Positions 1 through 13,369 of a stretch of DNA of 64,000 nt are shown in pieces. The notes under the pieces are model-generated. The model saw only the letters and a list, made by a program, of their open reading frames with translations. It did not search any database and was not told where the DNA came from. Position 1 is the stretch's first letter. Every line of letters starts with the position of its first letter. A program made the translations under genes and the position numbers. The stretch spans positions 30,471,120 to 30,535,119 of the forward strand of contig JARFYF010000022.1 of NCBI GenBank assembly GCA_030265395.1, written 5' to 3'. Source of the DNA: Rhina ancylostomus (taxonomy: Eukaryota).

Positions 1-249
1 TGCATTTCCAGCAGTTTTCTTTTCTCTTCTTCTGGTATCTCAGATNNNNNNNNNNNNNNNNNNNNNNNNNNNNNNNNNNNNNNNNNNNNNNNNNNNNNNN
101 NNNNNNNNNNNNNNNNNNNNNNNNNNNNNNNNNNNNNNNNNNNNNNNNNNNNNNNNNNNNNNNNNNNNNNNNNNNNNNNNNNNNNNNNNNNNNNNNNNNN
201 NNNNNNNNNNNNNNNNNNNNNNNNNNNNCTGTTTCCTTCCAAATGGTTA

Positions 250-332
250 CTGACCTGAAATGTGAACTCTGCTCCTCTCCTCACAGATGCTGCCTGTTGC
301 GTATTTCCAGCAGTTTCTGTTTTATTGAATTC
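250..332 (+). mobile_element. Penelope-like terminal-repeat fragment
   Basis: gacctgaaatg...acagatgctgcctg...tatttccagca, the motif that ends the GIY-YIG-bearing relic at 49.4-50.8 kb. Confidence 0.6.
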
Positions 333-1413
333 TTACTAATGGCGGCCATACATTATGGGATTGTCATAAATGCCTCTCTCGCTCACTTATGTCCATCAGG
401 GAAGGATGTTTGTCACTCTCACTCAGTCTGGTCTTTGGATAATTCAAGATCCATAGTAACATGGTCGACTCTTAAACACCGGTTAAATGGCCCAAAAAGG
501 CATGCGGTTCAAGGCTGATTAAGGCAGGCAATAAATACTGCCCAATGTAGCAAAAACCCAATCCAATAAATAAATAAGAAAAACACTTAAGAATACCAGA
601 GCATGTAAGACATGCATAGAAGTATTTAATTAAAGATAGTTATTGTTCTTTAACAGAATAAATGGTCACCATTCCATTAATCATAACACACTCACCTAAG
701 AATTAAGCTTCATATTTTTTATAGCAAACTATTCCTGTTGTCAGCCAATAAAAAGATAGTTTAATTACACATTCAGCAGACTAAAAATTCTCTTTTCATT
801 CCCAAGAAAAGGCTAAAATTATAATCTATCAAGGCTTTTTGTGTGGAAAGGTTAGCTATTAAGTAGTTCATCCTACCTTTGCCCATGACTCAGCAATTTC
901 AAATATCTCAATTCAAACAAAATCAACACCCAAAAGTATGTCTATGATACAAAACTGACTTATCTATGTGCTAGCAGAGATGTTTTCTGAAATTTCTCTT
1001 GCACTAACCTAGTTAGTTATTGTTGTTCCTCTTGTCAGTGTGAATAAGTTGTAAGGACTGACTCTCCCCATAAAAAGATGTGAAAAGTGAATGGCATGGT
1101 GCAATGCCTCTTTTCTTGGTGCATAATTGTAAATCACAGATAAGACGGGTCTTATTAGCCTGAAGCTACTCAAGTGCGCTTTATGACTGAGGTAGAAGAG
1201 CAGATAAACATTGAAGAGTTTTGGTATTAAAGAATATACTAGAGAAAGGAATACTAATTAAACTCTTTAAATGACCTCAAAGCACTATTATTATGACAAC
1301 CATCGGATATCCTTTTTAACCACGCCAATCCTATACACTGGCTTTGGCTACCAAACCAAAATGGTTTTGTTAACCGTGTGTGAACTCAAAAGGGAAAAGG
1401 AGCCCATGCCTAC

Positions 1414-1624
1414 CGTCTTGTTCAGTCTTTGTCATTTCTTCGAGCTTCTTCTGTTTCAATGTGTCCACCACATCAGCTAAGCTTCCTTTGCGTCTCTCAG
1501 GTGTTCCAAAAGCTGCACTAGTGATCATGTCACTGCGCTCGCGGGCCCCTTCTTCTGGCTTGTGCGGTGAGGTAGTTGCATTGCGGAAGGAGTACAAGGA
1601 ACAGACTTTGTTGTTGTCAGAATC
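1414..1624 (-). CDS. SOX6: SOX6 next coding exon (211 nt; [70 protein letters not shown] + 1 nt)
   Basis: Carries the SoxD motif [19 protein letters not shown] and the SOX6-type [12 protein letters not shown]. Acceptor ttttcttctttttaatag|GAT is phase 0, compatible with the upstream exon. Donor GACG|gtaggc is phase 1. The gene continues beyond the left edge of the window. Confidence 0.96.
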
Positions 1625-2157
1625 CTATTAAAAAGAAGAAAATGATGTATTGGCACAATCCTACTCAGCAGCAACATGAAATTGCTGTGGTATCTTCTAG
1701 TAAGTCACTTTCAAATGTTTAATTCACACTCTCATCCAACTCAGCTATTTTCTTCCCTCATTTGGGAGAACCAAATGATTCAGAAAAATGTTATCACCAT
1801 GAACACCATTCATGCCATTCTTCATTTACTTATATGACATTCAGTAGAATTCTAACAGTTACAATTCCTTCTTTCCCAAACAAAAGACACAAGGAAAAGC
1901 TCAAGGAAACATATGGTTCCATAAATCAAATGAGACTGGAATCCTAACCTTTATGAATAATACCAAATCAAATATTGTGATGTCTGTCTAATTGGTTAGT
2001 TTACTAAACCACTATTGTTAGATGAAGTCATAAATGTCTATCAGATGATTAGACACCTGAGCAACCTGCCAATTATTATGAGAAAAATTAAAAAAACAGA
2101 ATAGCATTAACGACATGCAGTGGATTTCACTAACAAATATGGTAAACCCTTGGACTT

Positions 2158-2464
2158 CTAGAGTCATAGAGTCACACAGTATGGAAACAGTCCCTTCAGC
2201 CCTCTGAGTCTGCACCAACCCCTGAGAACCTATTTACACTATCCTACATTAATTTTATTTTATTCTCTACATATTCCCAAAAACTCTCCCCAGATTCTAT
2301 CACTCATCCATACACTAGAAGCCAATCAACCTATCAGCATTCATGTCTTCAGGATGCGGGAAGAAACCAGAGCACCCTGACAAAACCCACATAATCACAG
2401 AGAGAGTGTACACACAGTCAGCAATGGAGGTCAGAACTGATCCCAGGTCACTGGAGCTGCGACT
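2158..2464 (-). mobile_element. V-SINE (HE1-like) with CR1-type tail, ends at an assembly gap
   Basis: Reverse complement shows the gtgggttttgtcagggtgctctggtttcttcccgcatcc core and a gggctgaagggactgtttcc tail. Confidence 0.75.
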
Positions 2465-3674
2465 NNNNNNNNNNCAAAATATTTTAGAAATACCATTGGG
2501 TAGATCATCTTCACTGAGGCAACATTTCCCCACCTGTAATCCTTCATCCCATCACTGAACTCCTGAAATCCTGCTGTGAGGATCTGAAAGGCCTCCATTT
2601 TAGTATGGAAATAATGCAGTTAATGCTTCCTTCTGCCACCTCTATCATACACCCAGAATAGCATCACAATCCTTTTAATAAATCTCAAACTATTTTAGCA
2701 TGGTGAATAATCTGATAACTCAACCAAATCTGTTGTTAGTTTAAACCAGTGATGTCACCTTATTACATGAATGTTGCTTGGGTGGAGGTTTTAATCCCTA
2801 GACTACCTCAGTCATAATCAGTCTGTAATCAATGCTGGCTATGCTGACAGCAAGATCTTTTAATAATGACATCACATACAAAATGTCAGTAACTTTCTCA
2901 AGGGTGCACAATGCTGATGGTTTCACCCTTAAAGCCCGGACCAAGTCTCTTGTGAATTCTGCAAACAAAATTAGCCTGATTCTCATTACATTAAAGCCAT
3001 AAAAGTTCTGTGAAAATGAAATTAGGGGATGAAAAAAGGAAAGTATTGATAATCAGCATGAACAGGCTTTCTTTGTGCCAAGTTATAATGAAAATTTTCG
3101 TTTAGATAAAACACGAAGGATGAATTTCCACAGTTCTGGTATTTCCTGAGATTAACAACTCTTTCAGCACTCCCTCAAAAGTGAGATCCAATCGCTATAC
3201 ACAGGTTTCTGCTGGTATACCACGCAGCGATTCAAGCAATGGGTGTTCTTTGACACTAAGACCAAGCCAAATATTGCATCTTTCATGTGAGGTTAAGAGA
3301 AGTAACACAAGAAGTAGAAAGTGTCACCCATGCCTCTCCGTATGTGGAATTGCAGAGAATCACAGAACAAATTAGATCTTACTTATCCTCAAAAATAAAA
3401 TCTGTATCTATTGAATTTGAATACATTTTGTTGGTTGGGTTATTTTTTAAGGTCTATTGAGATAGGAGCTCTACAGAACTTCATTGTTCCCTGCAGGCAC
3501 ACTCCCTGACGAAACCTGGCGATGATGTCGATAGAGTGCATCTGTTCTCACTGCGTGTTTGCCTACTGACATATGTGGAGCAGCCAGTTACATAAGATTG
3601 TGTTGTATAGCCAGGAGCTGGCTGAATAAACTGAGCCAATAAGAGACATGAAGGAGGAAACTAATTTCTACTGA

Positions 3675-4045
3675 AACTGTAGCATTCTCGACTCTGAAGC
3701 AGACGGTTGTGGGTTCAAGTCCCACTCCAGAGATTTGAGATTTGGCTGACTCTTGAGGGAATGCTGCTCTGTTGGAGGAGCCACCTCTCAGTTGAACCAT
3801 TAAAACCAGTTCTCACAGGTGGATATGAATAATCCCATGGAATGATAAAAAACAGTGAGTTATTCCTCAATCAACTTCAATGAAAAATCTTTTTATGTCA
3901 CTGTGACATTACTCTTTGTGGGTTTGCTATGTATAAATTGGATGCCGCATTTCTTACATTGCAATAGAATTACTCTACATTGGCTGAAAAGTGATTTGGA
4001 ATATCCAGAAAGGCAATGTATAAATGAAAGACTTGTTTTCTTTTT
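3675..4045 (+). mobile_element. Deu-domain SINE (SacSINE1/AmnSINE-like), decayed
   Basis: tRNA-like head ggttgtgggttcaagtcccactccagaga, central caggtggatatgaataatcccatgg, 3' aaattggatgccgcatttcttacattgcaa...tataaatgaaagact. Confidence 0.65.
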
Positions 4046-5003
4046 TTTAAAATTATTGCACCTTTACATAAACTTATTCAGGAAGAAGGGATACAGAAAG
4101 TAGCAAATTACAGAGCAGAGCAGACTTGAAGGGCCAAGTGTCCTAATTCATATGTTCGCATAAGAATTACCCTTCAATGTGTTCACAATACAATCAAGCA
4201 GTCTTCTTTGAAAACAAATGCTAAAACTTCATGCCCAATTAGTTGAAGTGAACCATTCACCTACACAGACAAACTCAGTTTTTCTGTCCATCTTCATCAT
4301 ATTTTAAACCAACATATTCAAATTATTGTGCAACATAAACTAGGAAATTCTAATCATACTGCACTTGACAAAATAAACTTGAAGACAATTCCCCCATAGT
4401 TTCCCTAAGTTCTGCTATCGTCTGCTTAGTACAAACAAGTGCTTTTTCAATTTAAGGCAGCACAATCCCATATGTGTAATATTATTCAGTTAATTACAAA
4501 GAGCTTAATTCTGCCCAGATTAGTGTGGGTTTCTCTTCTACTACTGAACACTCCTATCATTTGCAACCACAGAAATATTACACAGGCCCTCAAAGCACAA
4601 ACAAGTACAGACATCTTGGGATAATTTCTAACCAGAGATAATGGGTACAGGCAGACACATCTTTTAATTACCTTTATTTAAGTATTTTAATTAAAGAGTA
4701 TTAATTACATCGTGTTGCAGAGGTTCAATCGTGGTTGTCGCTCAGTTATACGACTGTGATGCATTAACAAAATCTCTGGGGTTTATGCCCTTCTACTGGG
4801 ATAAACCTATGTTTAGCCTGGAATTCCATTATTCTAGATGTTAGTCTGTACTGCTGCTGGTTTACTTTTGCCAGATAAATTCTGGTTCACATCTGCATTG
4901 AATTCTGAGAGGGGCGTATTTGACAAATGGATAATATTCAGTCAAAGAGTTCAACCATTGAGGATACCATGTCATTACAAACTCAAGTGAAAGCATGTTA
5001 AAT

Positions 5004-5164
5004 AAATTCATCTTTGGCTGCCTGTACAAGGGTATCAGCCATGGGTTGTGCTCACCTCTACATGTTGAGATTTCATTGATCTGAATGGGCCAATATGGGA
5101 TTGTGGGTGCAATGGACAGCCAATACTCTAGACTATGTTTTGTGCATGCAGCCAAAGATGATTT
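5004..5164. repeat. Degenerate palindromic (MITE-like) element
   Basis: Perfect 14-bp inverted match tcatctttggctgc (5008-5021) / gcagccaaagatga (5148-5161), extending to about 25 bp with few mismatches. Confidence 0.6.
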
Positions 5165-6544
5165 AGCTTGACTCTCGTTAGAGTAAAAGTGACCTCTGAT
5201 AAACCAACTAGTGCAAAGATGTCACAGCAAAACAATATTATTGTTATGTACAAGCATTCCAATACCTAAAAGCCAGTAATTGCATATAATTTAACATTAT
5301 TAGTGAGTTGCATAGATTCCACAAACACCTTTATTGTCCAGGCTGCAGTTGCTGGACCTTTAAGAGCTTGAATTGACATAAAAGATTAAACATTGAAAAG
5401 TCCAATTAAAGAAAGGAGGGGAGGGATTGGCTGTAAACCAAGACAGATAATCCTTATAAACATGCAGGAATGCGGTAAGCTTAAAGTGAATGCTGGCTGT
5501 TCTGCTGCACGTTTCACGTTACACATAGTGCACATCCTGGTCAGAAGGTTCTTTCACCATTGCACCCAAATCATATAGCTCCTCCTTCTATCCTAGTATT
5601 GAGAGAATTAAGGTATTGCTTTCCCTAACCAAGTGATGTGTAAGGCGTATATTGTGTTGCAATATGAAGTGAGCGCCAGCCAGAAAACAATACTTGTGTA
5701 TTGTGTGCACATAGTCAAGGTCTATTTTTCAAATCTATTGGCAGACATTCAGAAAAGCAATCCACACAAACACACACGTTCACAGGCAGGAGTTGTTAAT
5801 CAACATGCACATTTGACTCATTGCTCCAGTAGAGAAGTACAGTTTACAATGGGTTTGCCCAGGCAACATGCCTTTGAGGAGACATATTACACAACCACCA
5901 TAATTATCATCATTCAATATCTTTTATAGAGCATGGAGTCACAATTGATGCACACATCCAAATAACAACATTCAGCGTATTCCCTAGTCATCAATTAAAA
6001 GTCAACAGAAGGGAGTTTATCTGGAATTTTACTTTGTGAATCACAATTATAGAGGCTCCATGAACTCATTAATAGGACAAAAATACAATAAAAGTACAGT
6101 GCTCAACTAATACTAGTATTAGACTAACATATAAATTCACAGACATAAACCACAAAATAGCGGAAACTAATTATCAATACAGCAGATAATATATATNNNN
6201 NNNNNNAAGTTCAGCTGATTGACAACATGCAGTTACTCCCCAAGATCTTAAACAAGTAAAATGTAAAAGCAATAAAGGAAACGCCAAAAGGCAGAAAGAA
6301 TAGGATCTCTAATGTCACAATATAAATGACAGCACTTTTAGGCCTTACTGCAATGAACTGCTGTTAACCTCCCATGTCACGATGACAATAATTATAGCCC
6401 CATGATTGCTGTCACAATAAAATGGCCTTAACTTTCCATGTTACTTGAACAATTGTCCAAATATTTGCTGAACTAAGTCACTATTGTAGCAAGTAATTGC
6501 ACACAAAATGTAAAATAGGAAAATATTCTGCTCAATGAGTAAGG

Positions 6545-7545
6545 CAAGTATAGGAATGCAATTAAAAGGGATATCAAGAAAGTACAGAGAGTGCAAATAA
6601 AACAGACAAGTAAAACCAAAGGAAATCTAAAACTGTTTTATAAATACATAAAGAGTAAGAGGGTAACTAATGAAAGAGTAGTATTTATTGTGGACCAAAA
6701 GCATAGTCCATGTGGGGAGGCAGCGGATGTAGGCAGGACTATGAATTAATACTTTGTGGCTTTTTTCTAAAAGGACATGTTGCCAATGATGTAATTGGAC
6801 AAGTGTGAAATACTGAATGGGATAAACTAGTAAATGAGGAAGTGTTCAGGTGTTTAGCATCTTTTATAGTAGAAAAAAATGCCAGTTCTGATAGAAACAT
6901 CTTCCAGGCTGTTAAAGGAAGGAAGGGGAGGAAATTACTGAGGATCTGACCATCATTTCTCATTGCTACAGGAATGGGACAAAAGGATTGGAAGATTTCT
7001 AATGTTGCACGGTTCTTTAAAAAAGTGAAGGGATGTTCAGTAATTAGAAGTCACTTAGTTTAAATTCATAGATTGTCAACTATTGAAATCAATTCTAAGG
7101 GCTAATATAAATATTTATTTAGAGTTGCTTGAGTTAATCAAGGTCAGTCAACATAAATTTGCTAAGGAGAGATCCAGTCTACCTAGAAGCCAAATAGTGC
7201 AGATGTTAGAAGGTCATTGACCTTAAGATCTTTTTCTCTCTCCACAGATGCTGCCTGATCGGCTGAGTATTTCCAGAATTTTCCATTTTTATTCTTGTCT
7301 GACTAACCTGATTGAAGTTTTTGAGAAAGTAACAATAAAGGTCAATGAGGGCATTGCATTTGACGTAGATTTAAAAAGGTCCACGTGGTAGGCTGATCAA
7401 AGAAGTAAAGACCAATAGGATCCAATGAAGAGTGGCACATTTGATCAGAAGTTGGCATAGTGCCAGGAAACAAAGGGTATGGAGTGAAGGCTGAATGACC
7501 TCCTTCTCCGTCATAAGTTTACTTGGCTTCTATGATTCTGTGAAG
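6545..7545 (+). mobile_element. CR1 LINE relic (ORF2/RT region and 3' tail), interrupted by a Penelope-like fragment at about 7185-7272
   Basis: Decayed FYKYIKSKR, CLTNLIEVFEKVT-like peptides and a ggctgaatgacctccttct...ctatgattct tail; frameshifted. Confidence 0.75.
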
Positions 7546-7699
7546 ATCTTCCAAAATCCCAAATAAGCATCCGTGATTTTCCTATGTGCTTTAATTTTAT
7601 ACTTACATCTATTTTTATTACTACTATTAGCAAACAGTATAAATTGTAGTTTTCAACATAGACTATATTGATAATAAACCGAGGGAAATTACAAAGAAT

Positions 7700-8290
7700 G
7701 TTACAGAAAAAAACATCAAAGAATCAGGCCATTTCCCAACCATTATATGCTGGTGTTTATGCTGTACATAAGCCTCTTCCTATTTTTCTTCTTCCAACTC
7801 TATCAGTGAAGCCACTATAATAATCTCCCTCACATGCTTACTTAGTTTCCTTGAAATGCATCTGTATTATTCACATCTTCCACTCCCAATGACAGCAAGT
7901 TCAATATTTTCTGTGCAAATGTCTAAGCACATCAATTTCCTCTGAATCCCTTTTTGTTTTTTTGGAGTCTTACCTACTGATGGTTGCTAGATTTGCACTC
8001 CCCCAGTGACTACTCTAGCAAAACCTTTGAACATTTTAAAGACCACTATTAGTTCATCCCATTGGCCTTCTCTTTTCAAAAGAAAAGAGAGTCAGTCTAC
8101 TCACACTTTCCTGATAGGTATAACCTTGCTGTCCTGATATCATTCATGTGTATCTTCAACTGTGCCTCCCTATCCATTTTGCAATAACATGAACAGAGCA
8201 ATATGCAATAATCCAAATGTTGTCTAAACAAGATATGATACCAGTTTATCAAAAATGATACTGTTCAAGTCCATCCCTTGTATCTTTATA
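7700..8290 (-). mobile_element. Highly decayed CR1 3' end
   Basis: caggccattt...tatgctggtgtttatgct tail followed by CR1-like ORF2 C-terminal remnants. Confidence 0.45.
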
Positions 8291-10333
8291 TATTGCATCG
8301 AGATTTAATATAAGAATATTTCAAAGAGTATTTCTTATCAAAGATATCCAGTGTTCTGGACTCATTCACCACAGAGCAATACATCACAAGTGAAGGAAAA
8401 TACTTAAATTCTCACTGCTATACTTTTAGTCAAAACAATGTCAATTATCTAAGCATGCTCTATCTTAAGTCAGTATTTTAAAACCCAGTCAACTTAAATC
8501 TCTGAAGAGAGATACAATGGGAATGATGGGTACTTAAGGAAAATATTTTAACACTGGAGCAAGAACAATTGAAGCCATTATCTATTGTAATATACAACCA
8601 CTTAACTGAACGTATGATAGGTAATGCAATCACCCAAATGCTGAAAGTTATCGCCAGAAGGAAAATTCCAATGTTGTTATATTGAGGTTTGCCAGCTTAA
8701 TCATTCCATTCTTCTGGTATAGAGTAAAATGTTCAAATACCTATTTATAATTTAAGGTTGAAAATGGCCTCAAAATTCATAATTGTGTAAGGTGATCCTT
8801 GCTGGTGAAGTAGAATTGGCTTTTCTATAATTACTCATAACATAGTGTTCTAACAACACCATTGTTAAAACAGCCTCTTAAAGGAAAGTCTAAGGAATTA
8901 CTTTTTGTTCAAAGTATTTCCTTTTCACTCTTATCAAAGAAAATTATGCCATATCTTAAAACAAAATCAAATTTCCTAACCCATTATCAACCTCTAATTT
9001 GGCTCTTCCACTTATCAGAGCCAGTTAGCTATTATCCTTGTCCCAGCAATTTGGTTTCCTAAAATTTAACATTAATCACAGGATTTGTAAAGACAAAATA
9101 CAACATAGTCAAATATAATCCAGCTTGTATAAAACAGATCGACTTAGGAAATAGCGCTCTAAGTTGCCTCACTCCATAGCACATATTCCTTTTAAAATTA
9201 TATTACATTAAAATGATTTACTGCACACAGCATGAGGGATTTTACACTGGTTTTAATGTACAATGGTGGGAGGGTCCAAAACTATGACATTTCCCCACTG
9301 AGCTTTTGAGGCAGCTGAACCAAGCGAGAGTGTGGTCTTCAGCACGTATATTGAATGTTATAATGTATCAGAGTGCAAGACGGATAGTTCTTTTCACTGA
9401 AAAACTAGCAGACTCCAGGCTTCAATAAGGGTGTCGTTTACTGCATTGATCTTCCGGTAACAACTGGTGATTGTCTTGAGATGTGCTCCTGCTTACAGCT
9501 CATGGAGCACAGTATTGTGAAGATTTCCAGTCTTCACAGAATTTATCTTGTGCACATTTATAAACTTCTTTTCTCCACATAAAGGCAAATGGAGTATAAA
9601 AGAGTTCCTTTGAAGTTTATTTTTCTTCAATTCTAACTTTTTTAGATTAACAGCTACCACTGTAGATAATAGCTAGTTAGACAAATGTTGGCTTCACATA
9701 CAGTAGTATTGCTTGGTTTGCTCTTGGATGTAAGTGTTCCCATTCCATTTTAAATTGGATAACAGACACAGGAATGTCATAGAAATATCTTAAGTATTTG
9801 TCTGTTCCTATCAGTAACGGTAGTTTTCAGGTCCTAGTTTTTTAAATGTATTAATTGAGGTGTGATAATGCCACAAGGAAGCTGTAGTGATTTTCCAGAC
9901 AATGCTATAATAGAACCCATACATATTCTATCCTTGATTATATTTCTCCACAATTCATCCCAGCACCGGTGCAGTTTACACCTTCTCAAATATTAATTTT
10001 ATCATCAGCCAGCCTTGGTCATATTGGGGCTCACAGAATACCATCAGATTGTTTTTTGGCAGTTACTCTTTGAATGTTGCTTCTGACAGTTAATTACTGC
10101 AAATTAATTTTTCATTTTGCTAAAGTGGTGTTGGAATACATGAGATTTATTTTGCAGATAAACAGGCCAGTGCCGTCTGGATCGCTGTCTGATTCCCAGC
10201 TTCTGCCAATGTTTTTCCCTAACTGGCAACCAGGAGGAAATAGAATTACAAATTTTCTCTTTTGTGAGCAATCCAGGTGATGAGCCAAAGCCCTGTATGA
10301 AATTCAACCAGACACTTGAGTGGGGGAAGGGAG

Positions 10334-10391
10334 TCGGCACTAGGGGTTTGCCATTGGAATAATCGGCACTAGGGGTTTGCCATTGGAATAA
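10334..10391. repeat. Perfect tandem duplication, 2 x 29 bp
   Basis: tcggcactaggggtttgccattggaataa at 10334-10362 and 10363-10391. Confidence 0.95.
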
Positions 10392-10431
10392 AAGTATTGA
10401 CAAGAAGGTCACATGTAACTTAATAACAATA

Positions 10432-10640
10432 AATAGCAACTTGTATCTTTATGGTGCCTTTAATGTACTAGATCAGCCAAGGTGCTTCAGATGAGCGTTA
10501 TCAGGCAGAACTGACAATTTGGGCAGATAACCAAAATGAGTTTTAAGGATGTCTCAAAGGAGTAATGGGAAATGGAGGTTGAGAGGTTCAGGGATAGAAT
10601 CCACAAGTTTGGCACCAGTTGTGGAGTTCGGGATGAGTTT
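10432..10640 (-). mobile_element. L2-type LINE 3' end
   Basis: caacttgtatctttatggtgcctttaatgta...ccaaggtgcttca resembles the reverse complement of the L2 tail at about 29160-29210. Confidence 0.5.
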
Positions 10641-12074
10641 TTAAACTTTAAAACTTTACTTATACAGCACAGTAACAGGCCCCTCCGGCCCAATGTCCCC
10701 ATGCTGCCCAATTACACACACATCTTTAGAATGTGGAAGGAAACTTTTTGTAATACGTTTGATTCATATTCAGCCTGCAAACTTATGAGTGTGTTAGGAC
10801 TTTTTTGCTATTATTGTCTGCATTAATTCCAGTATCAATCTGTCAAAGTTTCTAGTAATTGTTCTCCTTCTCTATACAAAAGCACAATTCTTTTATGCGT
10901 TTCATTGCTGATATGCTTCAATTCAATGGAAGTTCAAGCCTTTGGAGATGGATGGAATCCTTTGAATGTGTCACGACACGTTTTAATATCAGCAATGAAA
11001 CACATAAAAGAATTGTGCTTTTCTATGGAGAAGGAAAACAAATACAAGAAACTTTGACAGACTGATACTGGAATCAATGCAGACAATAATGGCAAAAAAG
11101 CCCCAACACATTCATAAGTTTGCGGTCTAAATATGATTCAATCATATTACAAAAGGCCAGACACACAATAATGGATGTGCAACGTCCCATTCAAAGACTT
11201 ACTTCATCAACAGGCAAAATACAATTTACCCGATTCAGGTCATTAAACTAAGAGAACATAAGCAAAACACAACTGGTCTAATGCAATGGCATTTCATGAT
11301 CAGTATTAACACTTAAGAAAATAAAGAGAAAAGTACCGATAGACTAAGGTTGCAGGCATGAGATGAGAAAAGTATTTTATATGATTTGTCTTCTCAAGTG
11401 GTGACTATTCATTCCTTGATTTCATGAATACAGAATATGGAAAGAACTGCTCTGGTCACTAGTTGCAAAGTGTAATGAAATTATAAATGTTGCCTTTTTG
11501 AATAAAGTCCCAGTATAATTATTTATGGGTACAAAGACAATTCTTTACGTAATTTAGAAAATTTCAAAATACAATCTATGGAGCTTGCCACTCTATTTTA
11601 CAACCTTACTTTGCGTTATTTTATATATTTCTAATGTTAATTTTTTGTACAAATTAGGTTATAAGGTGTAAGTCAAATAATAAGTAACATTCCAGGGAAC
11701 TCCAATCTGATGATGTCATTAAACTGGAAGTTATATTGCTGCCAAGAGTTAAAAAAACAATTATTTGCAATCTGACTTTCATTGTGGCCAAACAGTTTCA
11801 AGATCTTGGCCCAAGGGTGCAATAATAAAATTATTACTGGATTCCTTGCATAGTTAACATGAAGAGGTCAAATAACAAGCACCGAATATGTTTTGATTAG
11901 ATACGGACTTCCCTAATACATCTNNNNNNNNNNNNNNNNNNNNNNNNNNNNNNNNNNNNNNNNNNNNNNNNNNNNNNNNNNNNNNNNNNNNNNNNNNNNN
12001 NNNNNNNNNNNNNNNNNNNNNNNAAAAAAGGCACCAAAATTGGAAGGCAAGGATCAATTCTCGAATGGTGCTGC

Positions 12075-12655
12075 TCAATCCCGACCTCCGGTGCTGTCTG
12101 TGTGGAGTTTGAACGTTCTCCCTGTAACCGCGTGGGTTTCCTCTGGGTGCTCTAGTTTCCTCCCACATCTCAAAGAGGCACGGTAGTGTAGTGGTTAGGG
12201 TAACATCACAACACCAGCGATCCAGGTTCAATTCCGGCCGCTATCTGTAAGGAGCTTGTACATTCTTTCCGTGTCGGCGTGGGTTTCCTCCGGGTGCTCC
12301 GGTTTCCTCCCACATCGCAAAGACATACGGGTTAGGAAGTTGTGGGCATGTTACGTTGGCACTGGAAGTGTGGCAACACTTGCGGGCTGTCCACAGAACA
12401 CTCTGCGCAAAAAGATGTATTTCACTGTGTGTTTCAATGTACATATGACGAATAAAGAAATCTTAAATTGCTTGGTCAATTGGCCACTTTAAATTGCCCT
12501 TAGTGTGCAAGTGAGTGGTAGAATTAAGGGTGGTAGGAAAGCAAAAGCAGGCAAGATAAAATCAGATTAGAGTAGGATTAATGTAAATGGATGTTTGATG
12601 GTTGACACAGACTCAGTGTGCCAAAGGGCCTGTTCCTGTGTTGTATGTCTCTATG
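12075..12655 (+). mobile_element. Older V-SINE split by a younger SINE insertion
   Basis: The 5' half ends at ...cccacatctcaaaga (12176). The 3' half resumes near 12466 (ggtcaattggccactttaaattgccc...ccaaagggcctgttcctgtg). Confidence 0.8.
12177..12465 (+). mobile_element. Young full-length V-SINE (tRNA-derived head)
   Basis: A-box-like ggtagtgtagtgg, B-box ggttcaattcc, V-core gcgtgggtttcctccgggtgctccggtttcctcccaca, 3' aataaaga. CpGs are retained. Same family as 37895-38180. Confidence 0.88.
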
Positions 12656-13369
12656 AACGTATCCGCTAATTGTCTCAACCTGCTGTTGGTTCCATGGCCC
12701 AAAATTACAGTTTACAGTGTCTTCTAATGGCTTCAGATTAAACTATTTCTGCATTGCACGACAAGGCTTGTTGGCAGGTCATATGTCCCTGCCCCAATCT
12801 CCATCAGAAATTCTGATCTTTCCCCCATTCAGGGATCACACTGTTTCAGGTTCTCATGATATCACCTCCTCCTTTAATCTCAAGGATTTTGGTCACTTTG
12901 AAGAAAAGATTTATTTCATCACTCTGCAAGCTGGTTCGTGAGCTTGGCCAAATATGCTGAGGCTTCTAAAATGCCCAGCTGGGGCAGTTGTGTTGCTCCA
13001 GTCAAATTAAACAACAGCATGGCTTGGTTTGGTGCATCTGGAAGTCCAATGATCGGTTAACACCACTGCATGCTGCCACTGTAACTTGCTCTGCACCAGT
13101 ACACACCGAGGCCTTGGTTCGAGTGATGCATGTGAATGGTCACAGAAAAACACCAGGAAATATCAGGTTTGGTGCTAAGAGCTCACCTAAAACTTGCCAA
13201 GTGAGAGTCAACAACGTCCTTCAGCCTTCTCAAAGAAAAACCGCAATTCCCATCACCTACGCCTAATGTTTATTGGCACAAGTCACACATATACCAAGTT
13301 CAGGTGACCTTGGTTCTAGGGAGAGGTTCAAAGGTCTCTTACTAGCTCCAAAGATTAGCTCCACTTTCA

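Noticed and set aside
1370-1413. C-terminal tail [13 protein letters not shown] of ORF 1370..1597
   Set aside because: It lies past the gtaggc donor where SOX6 similarity stops; intronic.
10334-10391. CRISPR-like 29-bp repeat
   Set aside because: Two abutting copies with no spacer, in a vertebrate intron with no cas genes.
12177-12245. tRNA-like sequence with A/B boxes
   Set aside because: It is the head of a multi-copy SINE and continues directly into the V-core; not a tRNA gene.
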